Source: Candidatus Nanohalobium sp. (GTDB lineage Archaea > Nanohalarchaeota > Nanosalinia > Nanosalinales > Nanosalinaceae). Taken from it: a stretch of 10,824 nt of DNA. Below the pieces are notes generated by a model. That model saw only the letters and a program-made list of their open reading frames with translations. It was not told where the DNA came from and ran no database searches. Shown piece after piece: positions 6,683 to 10,824 of the stretch. Position numbers and translations under genes: made by a program. The stretch lies in the NCBI GenBank assembly GCA_042217555.1, contig JBDGSL010000080.1:1-10824 (forward strand), given 5' to 3'. Positions within the stretch are counted from its first letter, which is position 1, and the number at the start of each line of letters is the position of its first letter.

Positions 6683-6720
6683 AATACTATAGTAAACTTA
6701 AGTAGTGAAGATACTTAAAA
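6683..6720 (-). promoter_or_regulatory. TA operon promoter with candidate RHH operators
   Basis: TATA-like TTTTAAGTA on the minus strand (6712-6720), with palindromes TACTATAGTA (6685-6694) and ACTTAAGT (6696-6703) between it and the ATG. Confidence 0.55.
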
Positions 6721-6755
6721 CCTCTCTTTCTTGACAGCTTCTGGTGGCTTCGACC

Positions 6756-6764
6756 GATTTAAGA
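6756..6764 (+). promoter_or_regulatory. TATA-like element for a leaderless GT2 transcript
   Basis: GATTTAAGA, with TTTAAG 24-29 nt upstream of ATG 6787 and no Shine-Dalgarno sequence. Confidence 0.55.
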
Positions 6765-6786
6765 TGCTCGCGACTAATCTTGTGAT

Positions 6787-7728
6787 ATGAAGGTCGCGCT
6801 GGTCTGCACCGTATACAACGAGGGCGATTCCATCGGGGAGCTGCTGGACTCTGTCGTGGCCCAGACACGGCAGCCTGAAGAAGCAATTTTCGTTGATGGC
6901 GGCTCGGAGGACGGGACGCAGGAGGTCATACAGGAGTACGCCAGCGAGCATGGATGGATAGAGCTGGTCGTGAACGAGGGATGCAACATAGCCGAGGGCC
7001 GCAACCGCGGCGTCGAGGAGACGGACGCCGACATCATCGCTACGACCGACGGAGGCTGCGTATTGGATGAGAAGTGGCTGGAGAAGCTGATGGAGAACTT
7101 CCCCGAGGCCGACGTCTCCGCGGGCGTCTTCAAACCGAAGACGGACGGCTCCCGGTTCAAGGAGGTGCTCGGCGTGCTTGAGACGCCGGACATCGAGAAC
7201 CTGCCGGAGGACTGGCCACCGAGTTCCCGTTCACAGGCCTTCAAGCGCGACGCCTGGGAAGCGGTCGGCGGTTACCCGGAGGACCTGTACACCGCTGAGG
7301 ACACGGAGTTCAACAGGCAGCTGAAGGAGGCGGGCTGCAAGTACCAGATCGCGCGGGACGCGGTGGTCTACTGGGAGATGCGCGACTCACTGGAAGAGGT
7401 GTTCGACCAGTACCGGCTGTACGGCCGCGGCGACGCCGAAAACAATACCCTGAAGGGCCTGAAATCCGGCAACTACAACGCCGTGAAGACTGCGGGACTG
7501 CTGGGTCTCAGCCTGCTGGCGCTGACGACACCCCTCATCGCTCTGTCACCGCTATACGGAGTCCCAGGTCTCCTGTCGCTGCTGTTCCTGCTTTTCTACC
7601 GCGTGCGCGACCTCGGCCGCGACGCGCTCGACCCGCGCAACCTCTGGGAGCTGGTGAAAATCAATGCGGCGATGCGGTCCGGCTACCTCCTGGGGTTCGT
7701 CGGCCAGTACGTCAGACGTGTTCTCTAG
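6787..7728 (+). CDS. Glycosyltransferase family 2 (GT-A) with C-terminal membrane helices
   Basis: TVYNE, VDGGSEDGT, GRNRG, TDGG (DxD position), VGGYPE, AEDTEF, and a hydrophobic LLGLSLLALTTPLIALSPLYGVPGLLSLLFLLF segment. Confidence 0.92.
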   Translation: MKVALVCTVYNEGDSIGELLDSVVAQTRQPEEAIFVDGGSEDGTQEVIQEYASEHGWIELVVNEGCNIAEGRNRGVEETDADIIATTDGGCVLDEKWLEKLMENFPEADVSAGVFKPKTDGSRFKEVLGVLETPDIENLPEDWPPSSRSQAFKRDAWEAVGGYPEDLYTAEDTEFNRQLKEAGCKYQIARDAVVYWEMRDSLEEVFDQYRLYGRGDAENNTLKGLKSGNYNAVKTAGLLGLSLLALTTPLIALSPLYGVPGLLSLLFLLFYRVRDLGRDALDPRNLWELVKINAAMRSGYLLGFVGQYVRRVL

Positions 7729-8620
7729 GCTCGCGGTCGAAGATCACGAAGTCGATGAACGACCTGAACTCGGCGTACAGGTAGTACCTGTACATCAGGT
7801 CGAGGTTCGCGAGGCCGCGCCCGAGGAAGTACGCGTGGCGCGCCGCCTTGTTCACGAAGTAACCGAGCCTGCCCTTCAGGCCGCTGACCACGTCGTTCGA
7901 ACTCAGGAAGTACTTGGTCAGGTAGGGGTTGTAGAACATCCACTTCTTCCTGTCACCCTCCTCGTCAACCGCCAGATGCTCCAGTGACGCCTCCGGCTCG
8001 TAGACAATCCTGCCTTCCTGTCCGACCAGGTAAGAGGCGACGGTGTCCTCCCGGTACGAGTTCCCGACGTCGTACTCCTCCTTGAAACCTCCCGCCTCTT
8101 TCAGGGTCGGAACGTGGTAAGCCATGTTGCATCCTGGCATGTGATCGACCTGCTTCCGCTCGTCGTAGAAGAAATCCCCGTTTATAACACCGTTATCCTT
8201 TATCTCTCCGAAGCTGTCGCGGCCGCCGAAAAGGAAGTCACGGACCTTTCTGGCGAAGCCACCAAGCTCCAGATCCTCGTTCTCCAGCTTGCCTGTTACG
8301 CCGACAACGTCTTCCTCCTCGAACGCCTCGCAGATGGCCTCGTACCACGACTCGGAAACTCTTACGTCGTCATCTATGAAGACGATATACTCCGAGTCGC
8401 AGTGCTCCAGTGCCTCGTTGCGGGCTGAGGTCATTCCAATGGATGACTGTCTATAGTATTCAACATCTAAGTCGTCGCATAGCGATTCAGACTCCTTATC
8501 ATCGGAACCATCCAAAACGATAACTTCGTAAAGTAAACCTTTCTTTTTCAAATCCAATAAAGTACTTTCTAGAGCTTCTGCTCGGTTTCTAGTGATTAAA
8601 CCGATTTTGAAATCGCTCAT
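7712..8620 (-). CDS. Glycosyltransferase family 2 (GT-A)
   Basis: ITRNR, VIVLDGS, ARNEAL, FIDDD (DxD), GCNMAY, GGFKE, REDT. The likely start is ATG 8620 (TTTAAT 22-27 nt upstream) rather than TTG 8629. Confidence 0.92.
   Translation of the reverse strand: MSDFKIGLITRNRAEALESTLLDLKKKGLLYEVIVLDGSDDKESESLCDDLDVEYYRQSSIGMTSARNEALEHCDSEYIVFIDDDVRVSESWYEAICEAFEEEDVVGVTGKLENEDLELGGFARKVRDFLFGGRDSFGEIKDNGVINGDFFYDERKQVDHMPGCNMAYHVPTLKEAGGFKEEYDVGNSYREDTVASYLVGQEGRIVYEPEASLEHLAVDEEGDRKKWMFYNPYLTKYFLSSNDVVSGLKGRLGYFVNKAARHAYFLGRGLANLDLMYRYYLYAEFRSFIDFVIFDREPREHV
8183..8197 (+). repeat. Intragenic copy of the TATAACACCGTTAT motif
   Basis: TATAACACCGTTATC; encodes DNGVI in the minus-strand GT2. It shares 18 bp (TTTATAACACCGTTATCC) with the copy at 3378-3395. 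Confidence 0.85.
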
Positions 8621-8662
8621 AAACTTCAAACACTTATCAAGATTAAAGAAGCTCTCTATTTC

Positions 8663-9496
8663 ATGGGTTTCAGGAAAAATCTCTATTTAGCGTATAAAAA
8701 CAGGTTTTTTCCTCATATCAGAGGTTTGAGAGGTTCACACAGGATACTCCTGTTCTTGAAAAGACTTGCAGCTAAAGGAATCAAAGAGATAGAAGAGAAA
8801 CCAGAATCGATTTTTGATAGAACAGACTGGCAGGCCCTGATAATTCTGGATGCATGCAGACATGATATTTACGAGGAAGTAATCGGAGAGGAAGTTGAAA
8901 CCCGGATTTCTCTCGGTAGCACAACCACAGAGTACATAGAAAGAACTTTTTCGGAGGGGGATTTTTCCGATATTGTTTACATCTCCGCCAACCCGTTTTT
9001 CTCCGACAGGTTCCTAGAGAAACTGGTAGACAGAAGCGATCTATTCCATACCAAGTTCGATGTCTTTCAAGACGGATGGAACAAAGAAGAGGGAACGGTA
9101 CTACCCAAGACCGTGGCAGATAGAGCGGAAACAGCGCAGAAACTTTTCCCCGAGAAAAAGCTGATAATACACTTCATCCAGCCTCACTATCCATTCATCG
9201 GCTTCAATGATGAGGGTTTTACAGACAGCAAAGGATGGCTAAGTGAAGACCAAAGTACCTCTATATGGGACAGAGCAGAAAACGGTGATTACACACAAGA
9301 AGAGGTAAGGAACGCCTACAGTCAAAACCTGGAAGTAGTTCTACCTCACGCAGAACAATTAGCAGAGAAAATCGAAGGTAAAACAGTCATCACCTCTGAC
9401 CACGGCAACTTAATAGGAGAAAACGGTCTATACGGCCACCCTGACAATATGAGTTTCGCCCCTCTGCGAAAGGTTCCTTGGGATGTAAGAGAATGA
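8663..9496 (+). CDS. Alkaline-phosphatase-superfamily enzyme (sulfatase/phosphotransferase-like)
   Basis: Metal-ligand motifs IILDACRHD, SLGSTT (nucleophile region), HFIQPHYP, TSDHG and YGHP. Confidence 0.82.
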   Translation: MGFRKNLYLAYKNRFFPHIRGLRGSHRILLFLKRLAAKGIKEIEEKPESIFDRTDWQALIILDACRHDIYEEVIGEEVETRISLGSTTTEYIERTFSEGDFSDIVYISANPFFSDRFLEKLVDRSDLFHTKFDVFQDGWNKEEGTVLPKTVADRAETAQKLFPEKKLIIHFIQPHYPFIGFNDEGFTDSKGWLSEDQSTSIWDRAENGDYTQEEVRNAYSQNLEVVLPHAEQLAEKIEGKTVITSDHGNLIGENGLYGHPDNMSFAPLRKVPWDVRE

Positions 9497-10566
9497 CAGG
9501 AATAGACGATTTAGATATAGCCGTACTGCAGAATGATGTAGTAAGGTCTAACGGAGCAGAGCTGGTAAGCATGATGCAGGCTCAAGAACTGGATGCGGAT
9601 TTCTGGTGCCTGAGATACGACGAAAATGTATTCCCCGACATAGCAGAAAGCCTGAATATATTCGAATATGGCCGCTCCCTATCATCTGAAACCCTGTTTT
9701 CAACAACTTTCAACACTATCTCACCTGCCTTGACAAATCCCTCATTCCTCCAAGATTATGACGTAGTTATCTGCCATCAAGATTTAACCGAGATTTTAGC
9801 CTACAGGGCTAAAGAAAGATACGGAGTCGGAATGATATGGTACATGCACAACGTCAGCGACCTACTTTATCTCAGGGAACTATCTCAATCCCAGGGAAGG
9901 AAAGAAGATATCCCACTACCAATCCGGTTAATTTCGAGAATCGCCGGTATGTACTTGAAACCTTTAGATAGAAAGGCTTTCCAGACCGCTGACAGAATAT
10001 TTACGAACTCCAGGAAGACAATAGAGGAACTAATCGAACCAGTATTCGGCTCCCGTGAAAAGATGAACCCTCTACATCCTCCTATCAGAGATATGAGAGG
10101 AGAAAACGAGAACAAAGACTATGTATTGGTGGTTTCGAGAGTAGCGCCTTACAAGGACCTTAAACAGGTCTTGGAGGAAATGAGGGGTAGAGATGAAAAG
10201 ATCAAGTTTGCCGGCTCTGTGAAAGATGAAGCTTACAAGGAAGAACTCAAGCAGGAAGCGGAAGAGAAGGGTTTAGAGGTAGAGTTTCTGGGATTTGTCC
10301 CCGACAATGAACTGGGAAATTTGATTTCTGGAGCGAAATTCGGAATCTATCCTTCAGACGACGAGAACTTTGGCCTAGTACCTCTGGAGATGGTAAAGGC
10401 CGGCACACCCTGTTTCGTAAGACAAGGAATAGGCGCTACAGAGGTACTTCCGGACGAATACTGCTTACCAATTCAGAATATACCTGAGCCGGATGATTTA
10501 GACCTTGGTTTAAGCGAAAGACATTATGAAGCCCTGAGAAACGCGATAGAGGATACAGCCGGGTGA
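9493..10566 (+). CDS. Glycosyltransferase family 4 (GT-B)
   Basis: Start probably ATG 9493 (ATGA overlap with the upstream stop). Motifs NGAELV, WYMHN, TNSRKT, SRVAPYKDL, FLGFVPD, and EX7E motif ENFGLVPLE. Confidence 0.9.
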   Translation: MTGIDDLDIAVLQNDVVRSNGAELVSMMQAQELDADFWCLRYDENVFPDIAESLNIFEYGRSLSSETLFSTTFNTISPALTNPSFLQDYDVVICHQDLTEILAYRAKERYGVGMIWYMHNVSDLLYLRELSQSQGRKEDIPLPIRLISRIAGMYLKPLDRKAFQTADRIFTNSRKTIEELIEPVFGSREKMNPLHPPIRDMRGENENKDYVLVVSRVAPYKDLKQVLEEMRGRDEKIKFAGSVKDEAYKEELKQEAEEKGLEVEFLGFVPDNELGNLISGAKFGIYPSDDENFGLVPLEMVKAGTPCFVRQGIGATEVLPDEYCLPIQNIPEPDDLDLGLSERHYEALRNAIEDTAG

Positions 10567-10577
10567 GGACAAGAAAT

Positions 10578-10824
10578 ATGAAAACAGCCATGATATCGCC
10601 GGGCCAAGAGAGAGATGGGGTAAAAAAATACACAGACTTCCTAGCCGATAAACTGGAGGGGAGGATAGAACTTGACCGAATCAAGCTATTCGAAACAATC
10701 ACGCTTCTGAAGACTCTCAAGCTCTCTTGGAAAATGTCGGACTATGATGCTGTCCACGTCCAGTTCACCCCGGAGTGGTGGGGCAACATCTTCGGATATT
10801 TCTGGGGCAGCCACCTCATCCCGT
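10578..10824 (+). CDS. Probable GT4 glycosyltransferase, 5' partial (runs off the right edge)
   Basis: Not in the ORF track. Translation: MKTAMISPGQERDGVKKYTDFLADKLEGRIELDRIKLFETITLLKTLKLSWKMSDYDAVHVQFTPEWWGNIFGYFWGSHLIP. It fits a GT4 N-terminal pattern (MK..MIS...G...YT..L; D.VHVQ). A Shine-Dalgarno-like GGTGAGG lies at 10562-10568. Confidence 0.75.
   Translation, partial: MKTAMISPGQERDGVKKYTDFLADKLEGRIELDRIKLFETITLLKTLKLSWKMSDYDAVHVQFTPEWWGNIFGYFWGSHLIP

Noticed and set aside
3378..8198. Explaining the shared 18-mer as protein-level homology (DNGVI) or a target-site duplication of a mobile element
   Set aside because: The two proteins are unrelated and both frames are intact. A third copy in the opposite orientation encodes a different peptide, copies also occur in non-coding DNA, and no integrase or transposase is present.
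6698..8428. ORFs 6698-6886, 6715-6951, 6774-7244, 7664-7987, 7725-7943 and 8114-8428
   Set aside because: They overlap well-supported GT2 genes and show no family features.
9757..9771. TATGACGTAGTTATC as a further copy of the 15-bp palindrome
   Set aside because: It has an arm mismatch and a different central triplet and lies in an AT-rich region, so it is compatible with chance.
9390..10720. Minus-strand ORFs 9390-9572, 9885-10115 and 10436-10720
   Set aside because: Antisense to the AlkP and GT4 genes, with no independent support.

Overview
Compact archaeal window. Acidic glycosyltransferases, ORB boxes, TATA-type promoters and very short intergenic gaps suggest a halophile, possibly Nanohaloarchaeota (taxonomy is inference). 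The left edge holds the 5' end of an orc1/cdc6 gene whose Walker A reads GSVGTGK-C-V, suggesting an intein. Next to it lies a replication origin (about 225-590) with several ORB elements and an AT-rich core. Then come a small membrane ORF and a secreted protein of about 1397 aa (true start 4969). That protein has a beta-propeller-like N-terminus, an apparently catalytically dead C25/gingipain-like domain, a propeptide-like domain placed after it, and Ig-like domains. The rest is a surface-glycosylation cluster (GT4, GT2, GT2, AlkP-superfamily enzyme, GT4, partial GT4) interrupted by an RHH-RelE toxin-antitoxin pair. The most striking unexplained signal is a 15-bp quasi-palindrome, TATAACACCGTTATM. 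It occurs as two variants in tandem in the origin core and as three copies with an identical 14-mer inside coding sequences, in both orientations. This looks like a parS-like or otherwise origin-linked binding-site system.
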